Source of the DNA: an uncultured virus (IMG/VR IMGVR_UViG_3300044627_003100)
Lineage: Duplodnaviria; Heunggongvirae; Uroviricota; Caudoviricetes
Reading direction: 5' to 3' (one strand)
Length of the DNA stretch: 20,000 bases
Virus record (IMG/VR): IMGVR_UViG_3300044627_003100
Part shown: positions 1-7,160 of the stretch, piece by piece
Numbering within the stretch: the first letter of the stretch is position 1
Layout of the letters: every line of letters starts with the position of its first letter
Translations under genes and position numbers: made by a program
Notes under the pieces: generated by a model
Database searches by the model: none
What the model saw: only the letters and a program-made list of their open reading frames with translations
Told to the model about the DNA's origin: nothing

Positions 1-561
1 TATTATAACAAGGGAGGAAGAAACTATCGTGAAGTATTTAATATTTCTATACCTTCTACATCAGAAATTGAAAGCATTAATATTCATACAAAAAAGTTAG
101 AAAAATATCTAGAAGTTGGTTATCAATCTAGTTCAGATCGTACATTAACATTTGTACCTAAACTTGCAAAAGCTGTTTCTTTTATATGGGATTTCTCTAT
201 AGATAAAGCTCTTGTAAAAACAGCACAAATAATGATTGATCAAAAGGCAGGTTCAGAACTTCAGAATAAACTAATGTCTAGTGAGGTGAAATCAGTTATG
301 TCTAAAGTAGAAATGCTTCAAAGCTACACTACAAATGATGAACTTGAATTAGCTATTGCAGATATAGAAAGTCTTATCAACACTTATGTTAGTAGAAATA
401 TCATGGACGAAACACAAGTGGAAGAATTAGAACTTTCTATGCAGTATATTTTACAAAATCATCCTGCAAGAGTAGTCACTGATATTAACGTAGATGAAAA
501 CTCTATGATGGCTCAGAGTGATGATTCTGTTTTAGTAGAAAGACCTGTTTCTGTAATGTAA
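1..561 (+). CDS. C-terminal part of a probable MoxR/RavA-family AAA+ ATPase (5' truncated by the window edge)
   Basis: Frame 1 is open from base 1 (YYNKGGRNYREVF...SSSDRTLTFVPKLAKAVSFIW...) through the tracked 232..561 ORF. The SDR motif resembles the RavA/MoxR sensor-2 region, and the gene lies directly upstream of a vWA gene, the usual partner. Walker motifs would lie outside the window. Confidence 0.55.
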   Translation, partial: YYNKGGRNYREVFNISIPSTSEIESINIHTKKLEKYLEVGYQSSSDRTLTFVPKLAKAVSFIWDFSIDKALVKTAQIMIDQKAGSELQNKLMSSEVKSVMSKVEMLQSYTTNDELELAIADIESLINTYVSRNIMDETQVEELELSMQYILQNHPARVVTDINVDENSMMAQSDDSVLVERPVSVM

Positions 562-568
562 TACTTAT

Positions 569-598
569 AAATAGGGTGGAGAATTCTCCACCCTATTT
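569..598. terminator. Perfect 30-bp palindrome / hairpin, probable intrinsic terminator or RNA processing site
   Basis: AAATAGGGTGGAGAATTCTCCACCCTATTT equals its own reverse complement. It is followed by only a short T tract. Confidence 0.6.
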
Positions 599-618
599 TA
601 ATACAAATAAATAGATAT

Positions 619-2121
619 ATGAAAAAAAACTATTACACAAATCCTTATACTATTCTTGAAAAGGTAAGAAAAGGAGAAATAAAAACTCATTATAGAAGTG
701 AAGATGGTTTATTTGGAAGACTTGATTTTTATAAAAAACCAGATCTAGTAAAACCATATATACATTATATAGATGAAATAAGAATTAAAGAAATGATGAC
801 TGAGTATTTATCAGGAGATTCATTAAAAAATAAAGCATATGATTATTTTAATTCTATTAAACAATTTTTACCTGCAGAAAAGAAAGTTGATCTTGATAAG
901 TTTATAAGTGAAGTTAGAGACGTATATCAATATTTTCCTAAACATCTTAATTACGATGTATTTAAAATGTATTATTCTAAAATAGAAAAGCTTGAATTTG
1001 AAGAAAGAAATTATAAGAACTTCACTAAATATAAACTTTTAGAAAGATCAAATAATCCTGTAGGTAAAATCATGTCTGAAGGAAGTCATCTTAAATCAGC
1101 TATATACACAAGAAATACAATTGGATACTTTCTTTTTGAAATGGCTCGTTTAGAATTTGTAGATCCTGATAAAGCTAGAGAACTTAAAAAGTCTTTAAGT
1201 GATGCTGGTTCTGAAGCTGGTAATCAAAATAAATTAGAAGAAATTCTTAAAGATATGTTTGATAATTCTAAACAGCATTATGAAAAACAAATGAAAGATG
1301 CACAAGAGATTTGTAAAAATCTTGATGAGAATGTAAGTGAAGATATTCAAGAAGATATTTACGCAAATCCAGATCAGAGAACAAACATGTCTGCAGGAAA
1401 GATGACAACTGATTTTATTGCTGCAGTTACTGCTCAAATTGATAATATAAAATTATCAATGGGTTCACTTAAAAATAGTCTTAAAAAAATACTTGATAAA
1501 AGTATTAGTTATTTTTCAGCAAGAAAAGTGCCAGTGTATGATGATTTATTCAATGCTCAAGATATATCAGGATTAGAAGATTATGAGCTTTTACATCCAA
1601 ATCTTCGTAAGATATTTGCTGAAGATGTTCAAGTGAAAGATCATATAAATGTTGGTAAAATTAATATTTATATAGATGTATCAGGATCAATGGGTCATAG
1701 TTGTGGTGTTGTTAATGAAAAAGGAGATACTATATCACGAATGGATTTTGGAAAATCTATGATGGCTAAGTTAAAAGAAATGGGTATTTTGAACCAGATT
1801 TATCCTTTTACCAATCATGTTAAAAGTGGAGGAATTAAAACTGATATTATAAGTATTGCTACATTACAAGCTAATGGAGGAACAGACCTTAATCAAGTGG
1901 TAAAACATATAGAAAAAGGTGATAAAAATGCAATAATTGTAACAGATGCTGAAGATGGATGTCAGATTTATAGTAAAAAAGCCTTTTTTATTGGTGTAAA
2001 AGGTTCTTCTTTTCATAGATTTTCAAATGATGTTATGAAACAATATGCACAAAATGAACAAGTTATTCTATTTGATGGTCAAAAAATATCAAAAGTAAAT
2101 GAAAAAGGATATGTAAGCTAA
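619..2121 (+). CDS. vWA (MIDAS) domain protein, ViaA/CoxE-like partner of the AAA+ ATPase
   Basis: C-terminal MIDAS motifs IYIDVSGSM (DxSxS), NGGTDL and IIVTDAED. Long helical N-terminal region. Confidence 0.8.
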   Translation: MKKNYYTNPYTILEKVRKGEIKTHYRSEDGLFGRLDFYKKPDLVKPYIHYIDEIRIKEMMTEYLSGDSLKNKAYDYFNSIKQFLPAEKKVDLDKFISEVRDVYQYFPKHLNYDVFKMYYSKIEKLEFEERNYKNFTKYKLLERSNNPVGKIMSEGSHLKSAIYTRNTIGYFLFEMARLEFVDPDKARELKKSLSDAGSEAGNQNKLEEILKDMFDNSKQHYEKQMKDAQEICKNLDENVSEDIQEDIYANPDQRTNMSAGKMTTDFIAAVTAQIDNIKLSMGSLKNSLKKILDKSISYFSARKVPVYDDLFNAQDISGLEDYELLHPNLRKIFAEDVQVKDHINVGKINIYIDVSGSMGHSCGVVNEKGDTISRMDFGKSMMAKLKEMGILNQIYPFTNHVKSGGIKTDIISIATLQANGGTDLNQVVKHIEKGDKNAIIVTDAEDGCQIYSKKAFFIGVKGSSFHRFSNDVMKQYAQNEQVILFDGQKISKVNEKGYVS

Positions 2122-2126
2122 ATAAA

Positions 2127-2157
2127 AAAACCGGTGTATTTTATGTACACCGGTTTT
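2127..2157. terminator. Bidirectional rho-independent terminator between convergent transcription units
   Basis: AAAACCGGTGTA-(7 nt loop)-TACACCGGTTTT with an A tract on the left and a T tract on the right. It sits between the vWA stop (+) and the stop of the small basic ORF (-). Confidence 0.85.
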
Positions 2158-2278
2158 ACTTTCCTTGTCCTCTATATTTAGAGACAGCTTTATCTTTAGG
2201 TCCTTTTGTTTTACGAGCTCTACGTCCTTTACGTTTTCCAAAAATTACTTTACGAGAGTCACTACTTCCTTTTTTCAT
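2156..2278 (-). CDS. 40-aa highly basic peptide ending in YRGQGK (not in the ORF track)
   Basis: MKKGSSDSRKVIFGKRKGRRARKTKGPKDKAVSKYRGQGK*. The ATG overlaps the amidase TGA (ATGA coupling), the TAA abuts the terminator, and the ORF fills the gap exactly. Confidence 0.8.
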   Translation of the reverse strand: MKKGSSDSRKVIFGKRKGRRARKTKGPKDKAVSKYRGQGK

Positions 2279-2811
2279 TTGCTATATTGATTTAATGTTA
2301 AAGCTATTTTACGAGCAATTCCTTGTTTATTAGCTTGATAGAGTTTCATATCTATTACATTTGATAAAAAACATGCTTCAAGAAGAATATTTTCAGCTCC
2401 AGGTCTCATCCAACCAAGAGTTTTTCTTGCACTCTGAGATTCAGGTTTTACACCTCTACTTTTAAAACCAAATATTGTAAAGCATTTAAGAATTTCTAAT
2501 GCTAATGTTTGTTCAAAGCTAGAAGACTGGTCAGGAATGAATACTTCTGTTCCTTTTGCATCTGGTGTTGCACTGTTCCAATGTATGTCTAAAAGAATAT
2601 CACCTGTGGTGAATTTACCTCTGAGCCATAAAAGAGTTTGTTTAAGAGCATTCTTATCATCATCTACTAAAGCATTGATTCCCAAGATTTTAAGCTCAGC
2701 TACAATTAAGTTTCTGAGTTCTATTGCTAGGTCACGTTCAATGTAGCCATTTCCTGAAGCTCCAGGATCTACACCACCGTGTCCAGCAGATATGATGATT
2801 TTTCTAGCCAT
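2275..2811 (-). CDS. Endolysin, N-acetylmuramoyl-L-alanine amidase (Amidase_3 family)
   Basis: Zinc/catalytic motifs ISAGHGG, ERDLA, DIHWNS and ILLEACF. The start is placed at MARKII (2811), overlapping the holin end, rather than at 2856. Confidence 0.92.
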   Translation of the reverse strand: MARKIIISAGHGGVDPGASGNGYIERDLAIELRNLIVAELKILGINALVDDDKNALKQTLLWLRGKFTTGDILLDIHWNSATPDAKGTEVFIPDQSSSFEQTLALEILKCFTIFGFKSRGVKPESQSARKTLGWMRPGAENILLEACFLSNVIDMKLYQANKQGIARKIALTLNQYSK

Positions 2812-3010
2812 TGTCTTCAGGAGTTTCACTAAAGAAGTTAGAAATAAACTTACCAACTATAGCAACAATCATTACAATAGTTCCTGCAACAGGATGTCCA
2901 TTGAGTACAATTATAGTGCCGCCAAATGTTCCTGCAGCAGCTAAACTATCACCCAACACTCTAAGTCTCTTAGGAGTGGGTTCAAAATAGTGTTTCCAAC
3001 CAAATTCCAT
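2804..3010 (-). CDS. Putative holin (68 aa, two hydrophobic segments)
   Basis: Two predicted TM stretches (SLAAAGTFGGTIIVL; VAGTIVMIVAIVGKFI) and an acidic C-terminal tail. Immediately upstream of the endolysin. Confidence 0.6.
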   Translation of the reverse strand: MEFGWKHYFEPTPKRLRVLGDSLAAAGTFGGTIIVLNGHPVAGTIVMIVAIVGKFISNFFSETPEDNG

Positions 3011-3011
3011 A

Positions 3012-3629
3012 TTATTTAATTTTAAGTTTCCAATAAGAGTCTATTCCGTAAACTACTGTTCCTTGTGTGGATATTCCTATATTAGCTCCAAAAAGCTGAT
3101 CTTTCTTTGTTTTAAATAAAGCACCTATTCTAACTTGATTAACTGCAGCATTTTGACTAGCACCTATTCCACCACCTATATAAAGCTGATTTTTAGGCTG
3201 TTGGTGAATTGTTATAGTTTCTTTTATAACAGGATATTTAAGCTTCACCTCTGTGGTTCTACCTATAATTAGGTTCTTTTGAACTGTATCAGTTATTTTT
3301 ACGTATCCGTTTGTATCAATACGTATGGAATCTGAATGTATGTTCTTTGCTAACAGTTCTTTTACAATCTCCTGATACTGTCTTACTAATTTATTGTAAT
3401 TGGTATCTGGTATGTAGTGGTTTATAATAGTGTCATGTGATGTTATCTGTATTGTATTAGTCAATCTTGGCTTACTAGCTATCAAGGAATCCTTGACAAC
3501 CCATATTGTATCTCTTTTAATAGAAGGAGGGATTGTATCTTGCTTACCACCCCCACATCTCTGTAACAAAATCACTGCTAATAAAATAAGAACAATGAAA
3601 TTGAGAACGTTAGATTTTATAAAATCCAT
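3012..3629 (-). CDS. Putative spanin-like membrane/lipoprotein with C-terminal amphipathic beta-strands
   Basis: N-terminal hydrophobic helix ending LLQR-C (lipobox-like), a short central helix, and about four Gly/aromatic beta-strands ending YWKLKIK. Located in the lysis cassette. Confidence 0.55.
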   Translation of the reverse strand: MDFIKSNVLNFIVLILLAVILLQRCGGGKQDTIPPSIKRDTIWVVKDSLIASKPRLTNTIQITSHDTIINHYIPDTNYNKLVRQYQEIVKELLAKNIHSDSIRIDTNGYVKITDTVQKNLIIGRTTEVKLKYPVIKETITIHQQPKNQLYIGGGIGASQNAAVNQVRIGALFKTKKDQLFGANIGISTQGTVVYGIDSYWKLKIK

Positions 3630-3630
3630 A

Positions 3631-3978
3631 TTATTTCTTAATTGTTGTATACACTCTCAAAATAAACTCGGCTGCCATTACAATAAATCCTAAAAGAGCA
3701 AGCCCCCAGTACACTTTCTTCTTAAATTCTTCAAGTTCTGCCACCTTTTTATCAAGAACATGAATTCTAGTCTTTTCAATATGTGTAATCTTTTCATCAA
3801 AAGATTCTAAAAGTTTAACAAATCCACCCTGTTTTGTCAAAGCATTACCTAAAATAGCATCGACCACTTGTGTAAGCTTTGTATCCATGGAAGTGAGTTT
3901 TTCCTCCATATCTGTAAGACGTTGGTCCATACTTTTAAGTTCATCTTTTACTTGTTCTTCAAAATGTGTTGGTTCCAT
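3631..3978 (-). CDS. Coiled-coil protein with a single C-terminal TM helix (XhlA/holin-like or antiholin)
   Basis: Heptad-like N-terminus (LKSMDQRLTDMEEKLTSMDTKL) and TM segment VYWGLALLGFIVMAAEFIL. Lysis-cassette context. Confidence 0.55.
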   Translation of the reverse strand: MEPTHFEEQVKDELKSMDQRLTDMEEKLTSMDTKLTQVVDAILGNALTKQGGFVKLLESFDEKITHIEKTRIHVLDKKVAELEEFKKKVYWGLALLGFIVMAAEFILRVYTTIKK

Positions 3979-4000
3979 GATATTAAACTATTTTAATATA

Positions 4001-4264
4001 TTAAGGTAGTTTAAACTCTAATACGCGACCATCAGAAGGTCTATGTAGTGTAATCATCAATGAGTTAGGTATAATCTTATTTTGATGATCAAGTCTAACA
4101 AAATACCTAAAACCATTACGATTGTTAGTATTTCCAGTGGTTGTTGGAATCTCAATTGTATTTGGAGGTATTGTGTTACTAAAATTAATACCCATCATGG
4201 TTCCTGGAATAGGCCAACCATTTGAGTCTTTCTGAGCATAATACTTACTAATAGGATTAGACAT
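4001..4264 (-). CDS. Hypothetical protein made of two internal repeats
   Basis: KYYAQKDSNGWPIPGTMM aligns with RYFVRLDHQNKIIPNSLM. First gene of the minus-strand operon. Confidence 0.7.
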   Translation of the reverse strand: MSNPISKYYAQKDSNGWPIPGTMMGINFSNTIPPNTIEIPTTTGNTNNRNGFRYFVRLDHQNKIIPNSLMITLHRPSDGRVLEFKLP

Positions 4265-4347
4265 GTTAAAATATTTTAATAAATTTAAAATATGTAAGAA
4301 TAAAATAATCCCTACAATATAATATACAAAATATTCCAGAAGAAACC

Positions 4348-4355
4348 TATATTTG
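4348..4355 (+). promoter_or_regulatory. Bacteroidota sigma-A type -7 promoter element (TAnnTTTG)
   Basis: TATATTTG 21 nt upstream of the 4377 ATG, in the divergent intergenic region. No clear -33 TTTG. Confidence 0.6.
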
Positions 4356-4376
4356 TAAGCAAAATTTTAAAAATAT

Positions 4377-4847
4377 ATGAATACTAAAACTTATGCTTTT
4401 ATGTTAGAAAAAAAGTTAACTACTGAATTTAAAGAGAAATTCTGTGAAAAACTAGGTTACTATCCTATTGTAGTGACTAATGTAACCACAGATGCTAATG
4501 GAAACACCATTCCTATACTATCACTTGAAGATCTTGAAAACGTATTCACTCCTTTTTTACCACAACGAGGACACACTACTATTAGTTTAAAAGTAAAAAG
4601 AAGATTTAGAGAAGTGGTAGAACTTAGAAATATGTTTTGTCTTATGGCAAAAACAATGGGTTACACTCTTGATAAAATAGGACAATATTTAGGAAAAAGA
4701 GATCATACAACAGTGATACACAACATTAAAACATGTAAGATTCTTTTAGAGAATAATGCTCCTTTTCAAGAAACATATAAAAAAATAATTAAATTAATAA
4801 AAGAAACTTATGAGCCAGCAACTTTGGAACTCACTGATCAAGTATAA
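4377..4847 (+). CDS. Stand-alone DnaA C-terminal (domain IV) DNA-binding domain protein
   Basis: KRRFREVVELRNMFCLMAKTMGYTLDKIGQYLGKRDHTTVIH closely parallels DnaA domain IV (basic loop, HTH, RDHTTV signature at 4698-4715). There is no AAA+ domain. Confidence 0.85.
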   Translation: MNTKTYAFMLEKKLTTEFKEKFCEKLGYYPIVVTNVTTDANGNTIPILSLEDLENVFTPFLPQRGHTTISLKVKRRFREVVELRNMFCLMAKTMGYTLDKIGQYLGKRDHTTVIHNIKTCKILLENNAPFQETYKKIIKLIKETYEPATLELTDQV

Positions 4848-5388
4848 TATAAGCCCTAATCAACTTTATTTCCTTGACTGCCGTAGACATAAAATAAAAA
4901 CATGTAGTATTATAGATGATGAAAAAGAAAAAGAAATTGCAATAAAAAGAGGTCATTTAGATGAAAAAAATAATCTAAGTCACGGAGCTTTATTTATACT
5001 TGATGAGTTTCAAACTTATCTTGTAAAATCAAAAAAGAAAGTGTCCTCAGAAGTATTAGGCGAAGATTCAGTAAAAAATATAAATACTTATAGAGAAATG
5101 TTTCCTGCTATAAGAATAGGTAAGGTGGGATTGCTTAGACAAACTGTACAAGAATTAAAAGATAAGTTTGTTTGGTTCTTTAAAACTTATCCAGAATATG
5201 ACTGGACCTTAGTATTAGATGCAACTGACTATTACATTTATATGAAACAAAAGGAGAATATGGAATATATAACTACCAGTAGTTATTTTATTCAGAGAAC
5301 TGATGCAAGTACAAGAATAAATAGGTCACTCTTGGCAGATCATTGCCAAATGATTCTAGATAATCCTGAGATTTTATCTCAAAATTAA
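4810..5388 (+). CDS. Hypothetical replication protein (possible initiator/helicase loader)
   Basis: 192-aa ORF overlapping the DnaA-domain gene by 38 nt and preceding the helicase. The function is inferred from position only. Confidence 0.5.
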   Translation: MSQQLWNSLIKYNISPNQLYFLDCRRHKIKTCSIIDDEKEKEIAIKRGHLDEKNNLSHGALFILDEFQTYLVKSKKKVSSEVLGEDSVKNINTYREMFPAIRIGKVGLLRQTVQELKDKFVWFFKTYPEYDWTLVLDATDYYIYMKQKENMEYITTSSYFIQRTDASTRINRSLLADHCQMILDNPEILSQN

Positions 5389-5446
5389 TTTATAAAATTA
5401 TTTGATTTTAAATTTTATTTTGTATTTTTACAAACATATTATTAAT

Positions 5447-6502
5447 ATGAGCGAAGAACAAGAATACACGTCTAAGTTTAAACCTTTCTCTCAAGTTTTA
5501 GAAAAAGGTTTAAAATATGTACAGAAGAGAAAATCAGGAGAAATAAAAAGTTTAAGAACACCTTGGCCAAGCTTTAATAAAGCAGGTGTTGCAGGTTTAG
5601 AATGGGGATCCATGTTAACCATTGGTGCTAGACCAGGTGCAGGTAAAACAATGATTAGTTCTCAAATATTAAGAGAAGCATATCGTTTAAATCCTACACA
5701 AAAGTTTAATATTCTTGAGTTTCAGTTTGAAATGGGAGTTGATCAATATGCATCTCGTCAATTTGCTGCAGAAATGGCTTTAGATTACGGTGTAATATTA
5801 AGTACTGAAAGAGAGCTTGATCAATTTACAATGAATAAAATTATTGAATTTACAGCTGAAACAAAAGAACTTGAAAAAATAGGACTTAGAAGAGACATTA
5901 TAAATGAATCTTTAACAGAACATCAAATAAAAAAAGAAATAGAATTAGCATATATAAGAGGTGGTAGTAAACCACTTTTAATAACAATAGATCATAGTTG
6001 GTTGATTAAGAAAAGTTCAAAAGATAAAGATAAATTTGATGTCTTATACAATGTAACAGAAATGTTAATGAAACTAAAGAATCAACTACCTATTATTGTA
6101 ATTATGCTTACACAATTAAATAGATCAATAGAAGAAGCAGGAAGAAGAGTGGCTTCCTCTGTAAATAACTATCCTACATCAGGAGATATATTTGGAGGTG
6201 ACGCTCTTATGCAAGGATCTGATATGGTAATAGTTTTATCACGTCCGTTCAAATTAGATATCAAATCATATGGTCCAGAAGCTTATAATGTAGAAACTGA
6301 TGATGTTATTATGCACTTAATTAAAGTGAGAAATAACGATGATAAAAAAACCATGATATTTATGAAGATGGATGGTAAAAATCAAAGAATGGTTGAAGTG
6401 GCGACACCAACTCCTCAGAGACAGCTTGGTGTTAGACCAAGATATTCACAAAGAGCAGAAGGAAATTCTCAACCACAATGCCCAATAGGAACAGAAATTT
6501 AA
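5447..6502 (+). CDS. dnaB: DnaB-like SF4 replicative helicase (C-terminal ATPase domain only)
   Basis: Walker A GARPGAGKT, FQFEM (H1a), ITIDH (Walker B), LTQLNR (H3), GDIFGGDALMQGSD (H4) and KVRN. The ATG at 5447 is preferred over the TTG at 5402. Confidence 0.9.
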   Translation: MSEEQEYTSKFKPFSQVLEKGLKYVQKRKSGEIKSLRTPWPSFNKAGVAGLEWGSMLTIGARPGAGKTMISSQILREAYRLNPTQKFNILEFQFEMGVDQYASRQFAAEMALDYGVILSTERELDQFTMNKIIEFTAETKELEKIGLRRDIINESLTEHQIKKEIELAYIRGGSKPLLITIDHSWLIKKSSKDKDKFDVLYNVTEMLMKLKNQLPIIVIMLTQLNRSIEEAGRRVASSVNNYPTSGDIFGGDALMQGSDMVIVLSRPFKLDIKSYGPEAYNVETDDVIMHLIKVRNNDDKKTMIFMKMDGKNQRMVEVATPTPQRQLGVRPRYSQRAEGNSQPQCPIGTEI

Positions 6503-6514
6503 AAATCAACAAAT

Positions 6515-7159
6515 ATGTTTAAAATTACAAAAGACAACAACGGAATGATCAAACGCTTATCTTATGCAGAATACAAAGCTCTTGATCCAAAAGACTCATC
6601 AACTTACAAAGCAGCTATTTTAGAAGAACTTAGAAGTTATCATCAACCTCTTGCTGATAATTTAGGTGTAAAAAGAAATGATTTTCAATACAAAACACCT
6701 TTTTATAGTCCTAAAGGAAAACATGTAGTATCAATTTTTGATAATGAGTTTTTAAAAGAAAGAGGTCTTTTCTTTGAAATGTATGATAATGCATTTAATC
6801 CTACAGATGAAGAAAAAACAATTTATAATGTTCCTCATAATTTAAATTATGGAGAAGAATATGAAGTAAACTTATTAAATAAAAATCATACTGCATATTT
6901 AGTACCTGTAGATGAGCTTAGAATAATTAATAAATATAGTGTATCTATTAGTGGAAGTTCAGCATTATTAGATGTTGAAAAAAAACCAAGTAAAGTTGAG
7001 CCAAAACAATCAGTTATTAATAAAGCAGATAGTCCATTTTTAGATGATTGTTTATTCTCAGATATGACTATTAGAGATTATTACGCTATACAAAAAGGTA
7101 TTCCTGTTAGTTCTAAAGATTGGTTAAATAATTTAATTAAGTCAACAACAAACAAATAA
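6515..7159 (+). CDS. Hypothetical protein with a C-terminal MTIRDYYA motif
   Basis: 214-aa ORF tightly packed between the helicase and the AAA ATPase. Confidence 0.75.
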   Translation: MFKITKDNNGMIKRLSYAEYKALDPKDSSTYKAAILEELRSYHQPLADNLGVKRNDFQYKTPFYSPKGKHVVSIFDNEFLKERGLFFEMYDNAFNPTDEEKTIYNVPHNLNYGEEYEVNLLNKNHTAYLVPVDELRIINKYSVSISGSSALLDVEKKPSKVEPKQSVINKADSPFLDDCLFSDMTIRDYYAIQKGIPVSSKDWLNNLIKSTTNK

Positions 7160-7160
7160 T

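Noticed and set aside
1234..1437. Minus-strand 67-aa ORF
   Set aside because: Antisense shadow inside the vWA gene. Its hydrophobicity is an artefact of the A-rich sense strand.
2537..2746. Plus-strand 69-aa ORF
   Set aside because: Antisense to the well-supported amidase and has no motifs.
3430..3693. Plus-strand 87-aa ORF considered as an embedded Rz1-like gene
   Set aside because: It is on the opposite strand to the lysis operon, whereas embedded o-spanins are co-directional.
4266..4293. AT-only inverted repeats (TTAAAATATTTTAA; ATATTTTAA...TTAAAATAT)
   Set aside because: Low-complexity A/T palindromes are likely by chance at this base composition.
4443..4451. Relaxed DnaA box (TGTGAAAAA) inside the DnaA-domain gene; also TGTGGATAT at 3066-3074
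   Set aside because: These are isolated degenerate matches in coding sequence, expected by chance in AT-rich DNA. No cluster was seen by eye.
5402..5446. TTG-initiated N-terminal extension of the helicase, or a possible AT-rich origin/DUE
   Set aside because: The extension is low-complexity and the ATG at 5447 has a typical A-rich leader. No iterons or box cluster support an origin call.
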